Shown here: piece after piece, positions 45,497 through 54,017 of the stretch
Layout of the letters: the number at the start of each line of letters is the position of its first letter
How positions within the stretch are numbered: position 1 is the first letter of the stretch
NCBI GenBank assembly: GCA_001780275.1
Contig: MFGB01000017.1
Location: 59,841-123,840, forward strand
Source of the DNA: Candidatus Falkowbacteria bacterium RIFOXYA2_FULL_47_19
GTDB taxonomy: Bacteria > Patescibacteriota > Patescibacteriia > Patescibacteriales > UBA12075
Direction of reading: 5' to 3'
DNA length: 64,000 nt
Program-made: the position numbers and the translations under genes
Notes under the pieces: generated by a model
What the model was told of the DNA's origin: nothing
Databases searched by the model: none
Seen by the model: only the letters and a program-made list of their open reading frames with translations

Positions 45497-46426
45497 ATGA
45501 TAGAAATAAAAAATTTAACCAAAAGATTCGGAAATACTGTTATTTTGGATAATATTAACCTTGAAGTAAAAAAAGGGGAAATTCTGGGTTTCCTGGGGCC
45601 GAACGGAGCCGGCAAAAGTACGACCATGAAAATCATCACTAGCTTCTGGTCTCCCACCAGCGGCAGCATTAAGATCGATGGCCTTGACGTAACTACCGAC
45701 TCGCTTAAAACCAGGACAAAGATCGGCTATTTGCCGGAAACCGTACCGCTTTATGACGATATGCGGGTCTATGAGTATCTTAAGTTCATTGCCGAAGTCA
45801 GGGGGATCGCCAAGGAAGATATGAAAAAAAGGCTTAAAGAGGTGGTGGAGGCCTGCGGCCTCAAGAAAGTGCTTCTTAAGCCTATCGAAGAATTATCCAA
45901 AGGCTACCGCCAGCGCGTCGGTCTGGCCCAGGCGATCATGCACGAGCCTGATATTCTTATTTTAGACGAACCCACTACCGGCCTTGACCCGAACCAGATC
46001 GTCGAGATCAGGGATTTGATCAAAAAGATCGGGAAAGAAAAGACGGTAATTTTTTCAACCCATATATTAAGCGAGGTTAGCGCTACCTGCGACCGGGTCT
46101 TGATAATTAACAACGGAAAAATAGTCGGCGAGGGTTCGCCCGCCGATCTTATGGCCAAAGCCGGCGGCCGGGAAATAATTTACGTTAAGATCAAGGGGCC
46201 CAAAGACGCGGTTTTAAGTAAGCTTAAAGAAATGGATAACGTGGAAAAAGCGGAGATGAAAGACCGGGAGTCGGACGACGTTTACGGTTATGAGATCACC
46301 CCCAAGGAAGGCGTAGACCTGCGCGAATATCTTTCCATGACGGTCATGAACAATAACTGGAGCATCCTGGAATTCAATAAGAAGAGCGCGAGCCTGGAGG
46401 ATGTATTTAGAGAATTAACAAAATAG
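45497..46426 (+). CDS. ABC transporter ATP-binding protein (GldA/ABC-2 type)
   Basis: Walker A GPNGAGKST, signature LSKGYRQRV, Walker B ILILDEPTTGLD. Confidence 0.92.
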   Translation: MIEIKNLTKRFGNTVILDNINLEVKKGEILGFLGPNGAGKSTTMKIITSFWSPTSGSIKIDGLDVTTDSLKTRTKIGYLPETVPLYDDMRVYEYLKFIAEVRGIAKEDMKKRLKEVVEACGLKKVLLKPIEELSKGYRQRVGLAQAIMHEPDILILDEPTTGLDPNQIVEIRDLIKKIGKEKTVIFSTHILSEVSATCDRVLIINNGKIVGEGSPADLMAKAGGREIIYVKIKGPKDAVLSKLKEMDNVEKAEMKDRESDDVYGYEITPKEGVDLREYLSMTVMNNNWSILEFNKKSASLEDVFRELTK

Positions 46427-46446
46427 CATTATTTAGCCATAACAAT

Positions 46447-46572
46447 AAATTCGAAATTCTAAACTCTAAATTCTAAATAAATTTGAAATTCAAATGACCA
46501 AATCAGAAACAATTATTTAGAACATTTGAATTTTGAGCTTCGAATTTGTTTAGGATTTAGGATTTAGTGATT
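46447..46572. repeat. Family A-like word-repeat hairpin
   Basis: AAATTCGAAATTCTAAACTCTAAATTCTAAATAAATTTGAAATTCAAATGACCAAATCAG … GAGCTTCGAATTTGTTTAGGATTTAGGATTTAG. Confidence 0.8.
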
Positions 46573-46580
46573 AGTATTTT

Positions 46581-47315
46581 ATGAATAAAACTATATACTG
46601 GAAAACGATATATACGCTTTTTAAAAAAGAGCTCATGTCCTACTTTAACTCTCCGATCGCCTATATTTTTATCGGCGTATTTTTAGTGGTGGGCAATTGG
46701 CTGTTTTTCAAAAATTTCTTTTTGATCGGCCAGGCGAGCCTGCGCGGCTATTTCGATCTTCTGCCCTGGATATTCCTGTTCTTATCGCCGGCTATCACCA
46801 TGCGCTTATGGGCCGAAGAAAAGAAGAGCGGAACGATCGAATTCCTACTGACCTTGCCGGTTACCGACTGGCAGGTGGTGCTGGCGAAGTTTTTCGGAGC
46901 TTTGGCCTTCATGAAGATCGCTCTGTTATTGACAATTACCTTGCCGATCACCGTGGCTTCGCTCGGAAATGTTGACCTGGGACCGGTGATCGGAGGTTAT
47001 CTGGGGGCAATTTTGCTCGGCGGCGCTTATTTGGCGCTTGGCCTCTTTATTTCCTCGTTAACCAAGAATCAGATTATCGCTTTTATTCTCGGATTGGTCG
47101 CTTCTTTCGCCGCTTTCATTATCGGAGCCGATTTTGTCTTAACCGGCGCGCCGAAATTTTTAGTTCCGGTCATGTCATTTCTGGGTTTAGGCAGCCATTT
47201 TTATAATATCGCTAAAGGCGTGATCGATTCGAGGGATATAATATTTTACGGTTCTTTCATTTTTATTTTCCTGTGGCTGAACGCGCGCATGATCGAAGCG
47301 AGAGGATGGAAGTAG
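46581..47315 (+). CDS. ABC-2 family transporter permease (GldF-like)
   Basis: A six-TM protein directly after the ATPase. EEKKSGTIEFLLTLPV motif. Confidence 0.8.
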   Translation: MNKTIYWKTIYTLFKKELMSYFNSPIAYIFIGVFLVVGNWLFFKNFFLIGQASLRGYFDLLPWIFLFLSPAITMRLWAEEKKSGTIEFLLTLPVTDWQVVLAKFFGALAFMKIALLLTITLPITVASLGNVDLGPVIGGYLGAILLGGAYLALGLFISSLTKNQIIAFILGLVASFAAFIIGADFVLTGAPKFLVPVMSFLGLGSHFYNIAKGVIDSRDIIFYGSFIFIFLWLNARMIEARGWK

Positions 47316-47362
47316 GGAAAGAAAAATATCCGATATCAAATATTCAATCATTTTTATAAAAT

Positions 47363-48907
47363 ATGCCAAATAAAAAAATAAAGAAAACCGACCTGTCAAT
47401 CACAATAATTCTTATTATCGGAATTATTGCGGTGGTTAATTTTTTTTCATATCAGGTTTTTCACCGCTTCGATCTGACCCAGAATAAAGTCTACTCCATA
47501 TCAAAGGTCAGTAAAAAAGCGGTCGAGGAGCTTGATGATACAGTTAATATTAAAGCCTATTTCAGCGATAATCTTCCGAGCCAGGTACTGGCCTTAAAGC
47601 AGGAGGTGGCCGACATCCTTGATGAATACGCGGCTTTTTCCAAGGGCAGGATCAGGGTGGAATTCATTTCGCCCGGCACCGACGAGGATACACAGAGGGA
47701 ATTATATATGGCCGGCATACCGCAGTTGACCTTCCAGGTCTATGAAAAAGACCAGATGCAGCTTGTTAACGGTTATATGGGAATATTAGTTGGCCATGGC
47801 GACAAGACCGAGGTTATACCGGCCGTAAAAAGCGATACGAGCGATCTCGAGTATCAGCTGACAACGGCGATCAAGAAGGTAACCGTGGATGAGATCGCCA
47901 CAATAGGCATTTTAAGCGGCAACGAAACCTTGAGCCTTGAACGCGGGGGGATGAGCACCGCTTACCAGGAGCTGCAGAGCCTTTATACCGTTTTACCGGT
48001 TGAATTGGACGAAGATGGGGCGCTGATACCGGAGAGCATTGACACCCTGATCATTGCCGGTCCGAAGAAAGAATTCAGCGAAAACCAGTTAAAAGCGATC
48101 AATTCGTTTTTGGCCAGAGGCGGATCGGTTTTGCTTTTGATCGACGGGGTAACGATCGGGCAGGGATTAGTAGCGTCGAAAAACGCCTCAAATATCGATA
48201 CCTTGTTCGCTAAGTACGGGATCAAGCTCAATAAAGACCTGGTCGCCGACCAGAGAAGCGGTGTCGCTTCGTTCACGCAGGGTTTCATGACCTTTTCCAG
48301 TAACTATCCTTTTTGGCCCAAGGTGGTCAGCGAAGGATTCAATAAGGACAACAGCGCGGTCGCTAATCTGGAAAGCGTTCTTTTGCCCTGGGCATCGAGC
48401 ATCGAAACCGAATCGGGCAAGATCGATCCGGAACAGGTAACCCAGCTGATCTTTTCTTCCGGTAAGAGCTGGCGGGTACAGGATAATTTCAACGTTACCC
48501 CGAATATCGGCCTGAAGCCGGCCGGAGAACCGAGAAGTTATGATCTTGCCGTCTCTATTACCGGAACGATCCCTAACGCGTATCCGGAGGGATCGGACAA
48601 TGAAAATATCAGGGCCCGCCTGATCGTAGTGGGGGATAGCGATTTTATAACCGATAATTTCCTGCAGCAATCACCGGATAATCTGACGTTGTTTCAGAAT
48701 CTCGTTGATAGCTTAAGCCTTGACGAAGACTTGATCAATATCCGCTCAAAAAGCGTTTCGAGCCGCCCCATCAAGGAAGATCTGTCAGACGGGACGCGGG
48801 CCACTCTAAGGTATTTAAACGTATTCGGACTGACGCTGATCGTAATTCTTTTCGGGTTGCTCAGATACTACATGAGAAAAAGATCAAGATTTATTGACGA
48901 ATTATAA
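47363..48907 (+). CDS. GldG-family ABC-transport auxiliary protein
   Basis: N- and C-terminal TM anchors with a large extracytoplasmic domain. Position and pattern (RFDLTQNKVYSIS…VVGDSDFITDNF) are typical of GldG. Confidence 0.8.
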   Translation: MPNKKIKKTDLSITIILIIGIIAVVNFFSYQVFHRFDLTQNKVYSISKVSKKAVEELDDTVNIKAYFSDNLPSQVLALKQEVADILDEYAAFSKGRIRVEFISPGTDEDTQRELYMAGIPQLTFQVYEKDQMQLVNGYMGILVGHGDKTEVIPAVKSDTSDLEYQLTTAIKKVTVDEIATIGILSGNETLSLERGGMSTAYQELQSLYTVLPVELDEDGALIPESIDTLIIAGPKKEFSENQLKAINSFLARGGSVLLLIDGVTIGQGLVASKNASNIDTLFAKYGIKLNKDLVADQRSGVASFTQGFMTFSSNYPFWPKVVSEGFNKDNSAVANLESVLLPWASSIETESGKIDPEQVTQLIFSSGKSWRVQDNFNVTPNIGLKPAGEPRSYDLAVSITGTIPNAYPEGSDNENIRARLIVVGDSDFITDNFLQQSPDNLTLFQNLVDSLSLDEDLINIRSKSVSSRPIKEDLSDGTRATLRYLNVFGLTLIVILFGLLRYYMRKRSRFIDEL

Positions 48908-48911
48908 ACTT

Positions 48912-49178
48912 ATGAAAGTATTAAAATTTGGCGCCGTGTGGTGCACGGAATGCCTGGTAATGAAGCCGATGTGGGGCGAAATTGAAAAGCTTATTCCGGA
49001 ATTGCAGACCGAATTTTTTGACGCTGACGAAAAGCCGGAGAAGCTTAAAGAGTACGGCATAACCGATATCCCGGTTTTTATTTTCTTGGACAAAGAGGGC
49101 AAAGAATTCCTGCGCCTCAAGGGCGTGCAGAACAAAGAAGATCTGATAAAAATAGTCAAGGAAAATATTGATAAATAA
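48912..49178 (+). CDS. Thioredoxin-family protein
   Basis: Active-site WCTEC and a cis-Pro context (DIPVFIF). The ATG at 48912 is preferred over the track start at 48894, which overlaps gldG. Confidence 0.8.
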   Translation: MKVLKFGAVWCTECLVMKPMWGEIEKLIPELQTEFFDADEKPEKLKEYGITDIPVFIFLDKEGKEFLRLKGVQNKEDLIKIVKENIDK

Positions 49179-49188
49179 TATTTTGATT

Positions 49189-50127
49189 ATGAATAAAAAG
49201 AATTTAATTTTAGGGGGGATTTTAATAATTCTGATCGCCGCGGCTTATCTCTGGCAGGGACCGGTTAAAAATTGGCAGGAAAGCCGGAAAAAACCGAAGA
49301 ATTTTTTGGCCGGCCTGAACGCGGAGCAGATAAACATCATGGAAATATCCGGTGCCGACAACTCGGTTGTCCTTGAAAAAACCGGAGATAAATGGAAAAT
49401 AGCCGGCACTAAAGATTTTTATTTAAGCTCAAATATCGCGACTGAACTTTTTTCTGAATTAAATAAAGCTATAAAATCAGACATTGAGATTGTTGGAGAA
49501 AATAAAGAAAACAAGAGCAAATTCGAAACCGGGGATAACGGCGTAAAAGTCGTTTTAAAGCAGGGGGAAACGGTCACATTTGAATTTATAGTCGGCAAGC
49601 AGGCCAGCGATTTTATAAGTTCATACGTGTCTCTTCCGAACTCAGATAAAACATACATGGTCAAAGCCGATTTAAACAGCGTCTTCGCGCGCGATGATTG
49701 GTATGATAAAACTATTTTTGCCGCCGACAAGGACGCGATAAACAAGATCAGGTTCCAGTATCCGGGCCGCGAATTTACCATAGAGAAAGCTTCTTCAACT
49801 AACGCGGCCGTGCACGGGCAATGGAGCGGAAGTTCGCCCAATCGGTTCAGCGTTAATCAGGAAAAGGCGGGAAAGATCGTAGATATTATGTCGAAACTTT
49901 CGGCCGCGAAGATTCCGGCGCAAACCTTCGATAATACCGGTTTGGAAAAAAACAGTATCATCGTGGAGGCCACCGGAGACGGGGTAAAAAATACGATCAT
50001 GATCGGCGACGCCTCAACGGATGATAAAAATCTATATTATGCCAAACGCGGGGATAGCGATAATATTTATCTGATCACAAAAGAACAGCGGGACGAGTTA
50101 GAGAAGCAGATCTGGCAATTGCGGTAA
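49189..50127 (+). CDS. DUF4340-like protein (usual partner of GldG systems)
   Basis: N-terminal TM, about 310 aa, directly downstream of the GldG-type gene. The family call rests on context and general pattern. Confidence 0.6.
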   Translation: MNKKNLILGGILIILIAAAYLWQGPVKNWQESRKKPKNFLAGLNAEQINIMEISGADNSVVLEKTGDKWKIAGTKDFYLSSNIATELFSELNKAIKSDIEIVGENKENKSKFETGDNGVKVVLKQGETVTFEFIVGKQASDFISSYVSLPNSDKTYMVKADLNSVFARDDWYDKTIFAADKDAINKIRFQYPGREFTIEKASSTNAAVHGQWSGSSPNRFSVNQEKAGKIVDIMSKLSAAKIPAQTFDNTGLEKNSIIVEATGDGVKNTIMIGDASTDDKNLYYAKRGDSDNIYLITKEQRDELEKQIWQLR

Positions 50128-50197
50128 ATTTAAGTTTTTAGCTTATAGCTTTTAGATTTTACGATTCTAAACGTCGGTCCTTTATTAAGGGGGGTAG

Positions 50198-50446
50198 ATG
50201 AGACCAAGACAGCTTTTTTTCGACTTTGCCTGTACTTGCGCGGGCGAATGCGAAGGGTGTTGTTGCGACAGTTCATCGGAAGACTGGGGTGCCCACGGTT
50301 GGGAAGAATCCGTATGTACCTGCCTTAAAGAGGATGAATGTGATTGCGAAGATCCGGAAGGAGAGGGCGTTTGTCTTGTGAGCAACGAATGCCCGGTACA
50401 CAATCTGTATCCTGACCCAAATCCGGCTTGCCCGGTACATGGATAA
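50198..50446 (+). CDS. Cysteine-rich acidic small protein (82 aa, 13 Cys)
   Basis: SD AAGGGGGG lies before the ATG. Sequence ACTCAGECEGCCCD…CTCLKEDECDCEDPEGEGVCLVSNECPVHNLYPDPNPACPVHG. A terminator at 50455-50474 follows. Confidence 0.6.
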   Translation: MRPRQLFFDFACTCAGECEGCCCDSSSEDWGAHGWEESVCTCLKEDECDCEDPEGEGVCLVSNECPVHNLYPDPNPACPVHG

Positions 50447-50454
50447 AAACAAAG

Positions 50455-50474
50455 ACGCTTTATAAGCGTTTTTT
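50455..50474 (+). terminator. Intrinsic terminator after the Cys-rich small gene
   Basis: ACGCTT-TAT-AAGCGT followed by T6. Confidence 0.6.
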
Positions 50475-50595
50475 AATTTAATAAATAAATAACTTGTTTT
50501 CGCTCTTAAGAAATGATTTTTTGGTTTTTATGGGTTATTATAAGTATTCGGTATTGTATAGATAATTTGGCGAAATTACCCTGATTGTGATATAA

Positions 50596-50604
50596 TTATC
50601 CACA
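50596..50604 (+). promoter_or_regulatory. Isolated perfect DnaA-box 9-mer in a 360-bp AT-rich intergenic region
   Basis: TTATCCACA. Confidence 0.4.
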
Positions 50605-50807
50605 TAAACGTCAATAAAAGAAAAATAGAAAAAATTAAGATTTAGGCTTATTTTTTCTGTTTATCTTATTTTTTATTATCTAGTAATTTCTATTTTTCGT
50701 TAAATTTCGTGGACATTCGTTATTTTCGCGTTTTCGGTTTAAAGGCGCCAAACACGAAATAACGAAAAAATACGAAATAAACGAAAAAGCTGAAATTTTA
50801 AATTTAT

Positions 50808-51824
50808 ATGAAATACGATTTCGTGACAGTCGGCGGGGCGACCGAAGACATCACGTTTTATACCAAGGAAGGGGAGATAATCTATAACAAAGAGGACATT
50901 TTAAGACAAAAAATGATCGCTTTTGAATATGGCGCGAAATTGCGCATTGACCGGGCTTATTCTACTTTCGGCGGCGGCGCGGCCAACGCGGCCGTTTGCC
51001 TGGCGAAATTGGGCCTAAAAACCGCGGCTATGGTCGCGGTAGGGGGAGATATCAGGGGAGAGAGCATAAGCCGGAATTTTCAGGTCCATGGCGTCAGCGC
51101 CGGCCTGATCCAGAAAAAAAAGAATATAGAATCCGGTTTTTCCCTGCTTTTAGTCGGCCAATCCAATGAGCACGTGGTTTTTTCCAACCGGGCGGCCAAC
51201 AAACAGTTGTCGGTCGGAACGAGGGAGATAGGCCAGCTTAACGGCGTTAAGTGGGTTTATATGACCTCGCTTTCCGGAAAATGGCGCGATATTCTTAAGA
51301 ATGTTTTTAAAACCAAGGCGAAGATCGCCTGGAATCCGGGCCATATCCAATTGCACGCCGGTTTTAAGGCGATCGGCCCTTATTTAAAGAAAACCAGCAT
51401 GCTTTCCGTAAATAAAGACGAGGCCATAGAATTAGTGGTTACCAATCCCAAGTACCGCAATAAGGACAAAAACTTTTTGAATAACATTAAAAATCTGCTG
51501 GCCGTACTGCAAAGTTATGGAACTGGGATCGTGGTAATCACCAACGGCCGTTTCGGAGCAGACGCTTATGACGGTAAAAAATTCTACCACCAGGACATTA
51601 TTAAAGAGCGGAAGCGGGTGGATACGACCGGCGTCGGCGATGCTTTTGGTTCGACTTTTACGGCCGGCTTGGAAATGTTTTCCGGCGATATCTCCAAGGC
51701 CCTCCTGATCAGCGCGAAAAACACGGCTTCGGTTATCAGCATGCAAGGCGCCCAGAACGGACTTTTGACCAAACGGGGAGTGATGCAGGTATTCCACGCA
51801 ACACGTGGAACGCGTAACGCGTAA
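50808..51824 (+). CDS. PfkB-family carbohydrate kinase (ribokinase-like)
   Basis: GGGAANAAV and DTTGVGDAFGSTFTAG motifs. The last about 10 codons and the stop lie in a hairpin-repeat arm. Confidence 0.85.
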   Translation: MKYDFVTVGGATEDITFYTKEGEIIYNKEDILRQKMIAFEYGAKLRIDRAYSTFGGGAANAAVCLAKLGLKTAAMVAVGGDIRGESISRNFQVHGVSAGLIQKKKNIESGFSLLLVGQSNEHVVFSNRAANKQLSVGTREIGQLNGVKWVYMTSLSGKWRDILKNVFKTKAKIAWNPGHIQLHAGFKAIGPYLKKTSMLSVNKDEAIELVVTNPKYRNKDKNFLNNIKNLLAVLQSYGTGIVVITNGRFGADAYDGKKFYHQDIIKERKRVDTTGVGDAFGSTFTAGLEMFSGDISKALLISAKNTASVISMQGAQNGLLTKRGVMQVFHATRGTRNA

Positions 51825-51978
51825 CGTTTGTTTGGTTGATGGTCCAAGTAAAGTTACAAAAATGTTTGGTTAAAATTGTAAATTTTAATTTTATTAACGA
51901 ATAGAGAATTATAAAATTACGACAAATCGTTATGCGTTACGGGTTATGCGTTATGCGTTTCACGTTATGCGTTACGCG
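51795..51978. repeat. Word-repeat hairpin (CGTAACGCG / CGTTATGCG words) spanning the PfkB-acs gap
   Basis: The left arm CACGCAACACGTGGAACGCGTAACGCGTAACG contains the PfkB stop. The right arm is CGTTATGCGTTACGGGTTATGCGTTATGCGTTTCACGTTATGCGTTACGCG. Confidence 0.8.
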
Positions 51979-51987
51979 ATAAAATTT

Positions 51988-53898
51988 ATGCCAAAAAAAC
52001 AAACCCGCGAACTGACCGATGTTTTGACCACGTCAGCGCGAATTTATCAGCCGTCAAAAGAGGTCTTAGACCGAGCGACGGTTAAAGACGTTGAAAAGGT
52101 CCGCAAGGCCGCGGAAAAAGATCCGCTGAAATTCTGGGAGGAAGCGGCCAATGATCTAAGCTGGTTCACGAAATGGAAAAAAGTTTTCGGCGGCCGCAAG
52201 CCTTTTTACCAATGGTTTATCGGCGCGAAAACGAATTTGGCCTATAACGCCCTGGACCGCCACGCCGAAGGCGAAAATCGCGATAAAACGGCGATAATCT
52301 CTGAGGACGAGACCGGACGCACCAGGCGGTATACTTATTTTGAGCTTTATAAAGAAGTCAATAAATTAGTCAACGCTCTTAAGGCTGCTAAAGTAAAAAA
52401 AGGCGACCGGGTGGCTATCTACATGCCGAACATTCCGGAGATCGCTATGGCGATGCTGGCTTGCGCGAAGATCGGGGCGATGCACTCGGTGGTTTACGCC
52501 GGTTATTCCGCGGCCGCCTTGGCTGACCGCATCAATGACGCTAAAGCCAAAGTTCTTTTTACCGCCGACGGCAGCTGGCGCCGCGGAAAAGCGGTAGACC
52601 TTAAAACCATTGCGGACGAGGCGCTTAAACTTACGAAAACGGTAAAAAAAGTAATTGTTACCAAAAATAACAATCAAAACGTCAGCCTGACCGCCGGCCG
52701 CGACGTCTGGTTCCATGATTTTATCAAAGGTCAGAGCGAAAAAGCGAAATGCGCGCAGATGGACGCGGAAGATCCGGCCTTCGTGCTTTATACTTCCGGC
52801 ACTACCTCTAAACCGAAAGGCGTGATCCATGTCCACGGCGGCTATCAGGTCGGAGTCTTAAGAACTATTAAGTGGGTATTTGATCTTAAGGGCGATGAAA
52901 TTTTCTGGTGTACGGCCGATCCGGGCTGGATCACTGGCCACTCTTATATTATCTACGGCCCGCTTTTGGCCGGCATTACCACCCTGCAATATGAAGGCGT
53001 GCCGGATATGCCGGAACCGGACCGGATCTGGCAAATTGTCGAAAAATATAATGTTAACGTGCTTTATACCGCGCCGACCCTTATTCGCGCGATGGCCAAA
53101 TACGGCGACGAGTGGCCGGACAAGCACGCGATGCCGTCGCTCCGGCTTTTAGGTTCGGTCGGCGAACCGATCAATCCCGAGGCCTGGCTTTGGTACCACA
53201 AGCATATCGGCAAAGGACGCTTGCCGATCATGGATACCTGGTGGCAGACGGAAACCGGCATGCACATGATCACGCCCCTGCCCGCCACGCCGTTAAAACC
53301 GGGCAGCGCCACTAAGCCGTTCCCGGGGATTATCGCCGACGTGGTGGATAAGAACGGAAAAAGGGTTCCGACCGGCAAAGGCGGTTTTCTCGTGATCAGG
53401 AACCAGTGGCCGTCCATGATCCGGACGATCTTCAATAATCCCGACCGTTATGTCAAAACCTATTGGAAAGAGATCAAGGGCGTGTATTTTACCGGCGATG
53501 TCGCCTTTAAAGATAAGGACGGTTACTTCTGGATCCAGGGCCGGACCGACGACGTTTTAAAGATCGCCGGACACAGGATCGGCACCGCGGAAGTAGAATC
53601 CGGTTTTGTGGCGCACAAAGCCGTGGCGGAATGCGGCGTTATCGGCGTGCCGGACCCGGTCAAAGGCGAAGTGATAAAAGCTTTCGTGATATTGAAGCAG
53701 GGTTTTGAGGGAAGTGACGTTTTAAAGCAGGAGTTGGTGGCCTGCGTCCGGAAGAGCATCGGCCCGGTCGCGGTCATCAAGGACGTCGCTTTTACGGACA
53801 AGCTGCCGAAAACCAGGTCAGGTAAGATAATGCGGCGGGTATTAAAAGCGCAGGAATTGGGATTGGATGTTGGAGATACGAGCGCGTTGGTGAGTTAA
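51988..53898 (+). CDS. acs: Acetate--CoA ligase (AMP-forming acetyl-CoA synthetase)
   Basis: YTSGTTSKPKGV and WWQTETG motifs plus a C-terminal PKTRSGKIMRR. The track start at 51946 lies in repeat DNA. Confidence 0.93.
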   Translation: MPKKQTRELTDVLTTSARIYQPSKEVLDRATVKDVEKVRKAAEKDPLKFWEEAANDLSWFTKWKKVFGGRKPFYQWFIGAKTNLAYNALDRHAEGENRDKTAIISEDETGRTRRYTYFELYKEVNKLVNALKAAKVKKGDRVAIYMPNIPEIAMAMLACAKIGAMHSVVYAGYSAAALADRINDAKAKVLFTADGSWRRGKAVDLKTIADEALKLTKTVKKVIVTKNNNQNVSLTAGRDVWFHDFIKGQSEKAKCAQMDAEDPAFVLYTSGTTSKPKGVIHVHGGYQVGVLRTIKWVFDLKGDEIFWCTADPGWITGHSYIIYGPLLAGITTLQYEGVPDMPEPDRIWQIVEKYNVNVLYTAPTLIRAMAKYGDEWPDKHAMPSLRLLGSVGEPINPEAWLWYHKHIGKGRLPIMDTWWQTETGMHMITPLPATPLKPGSATKPFPGIIADVVDKNGKRVPTGKGGFLVIRNQWPSMIRTIFNNPDRYVKTYWKEIKGVYFTGDVAFKDKDGYFWIQGRTDDVLKIAGHRIGTAEVESGFVAHKAVAECGVIGVPDPVKGEVIKAFVILKQGFEGSDVLKQELVACVRKSIGPVAVIKDVAFTDKLPKTRSGKIMRRVLKAQELGLDVGDTSALVS

Positions 53899-53922
53899 AA
53901 TTTATCAGCAGTACGATTTTTC

Positions 53923-54000
53923 ATTACAAATGCACAAATAACGCACAAATTCACAAATAGCACACTTGTGAATTTGTGTTATAATTCGTGAATTCGTAAT
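53923..54000. repeat. Word-repeat hairpin (CACAAAT words)
   Basis: ATTACAAATGCACAAATAACGCACAAATTCACAAATAGCACAC | TTGTGAATTTGTGTTATAATTCGTGAATTCGTAAT. Confidence 0.85.
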
Positions 54001-54017
54001 ATGATTTTATTTTTACT

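Noticed and set aside
50447-50807. The AT-rich 360-bp gap with a perfect DnaA box considered as the replication origin.
   Set aside because: I see only one consensus box and no cluster of degenerate boxes. Neither dnaA nor dnaN is nearby. GC skew cannot be judged from this window.
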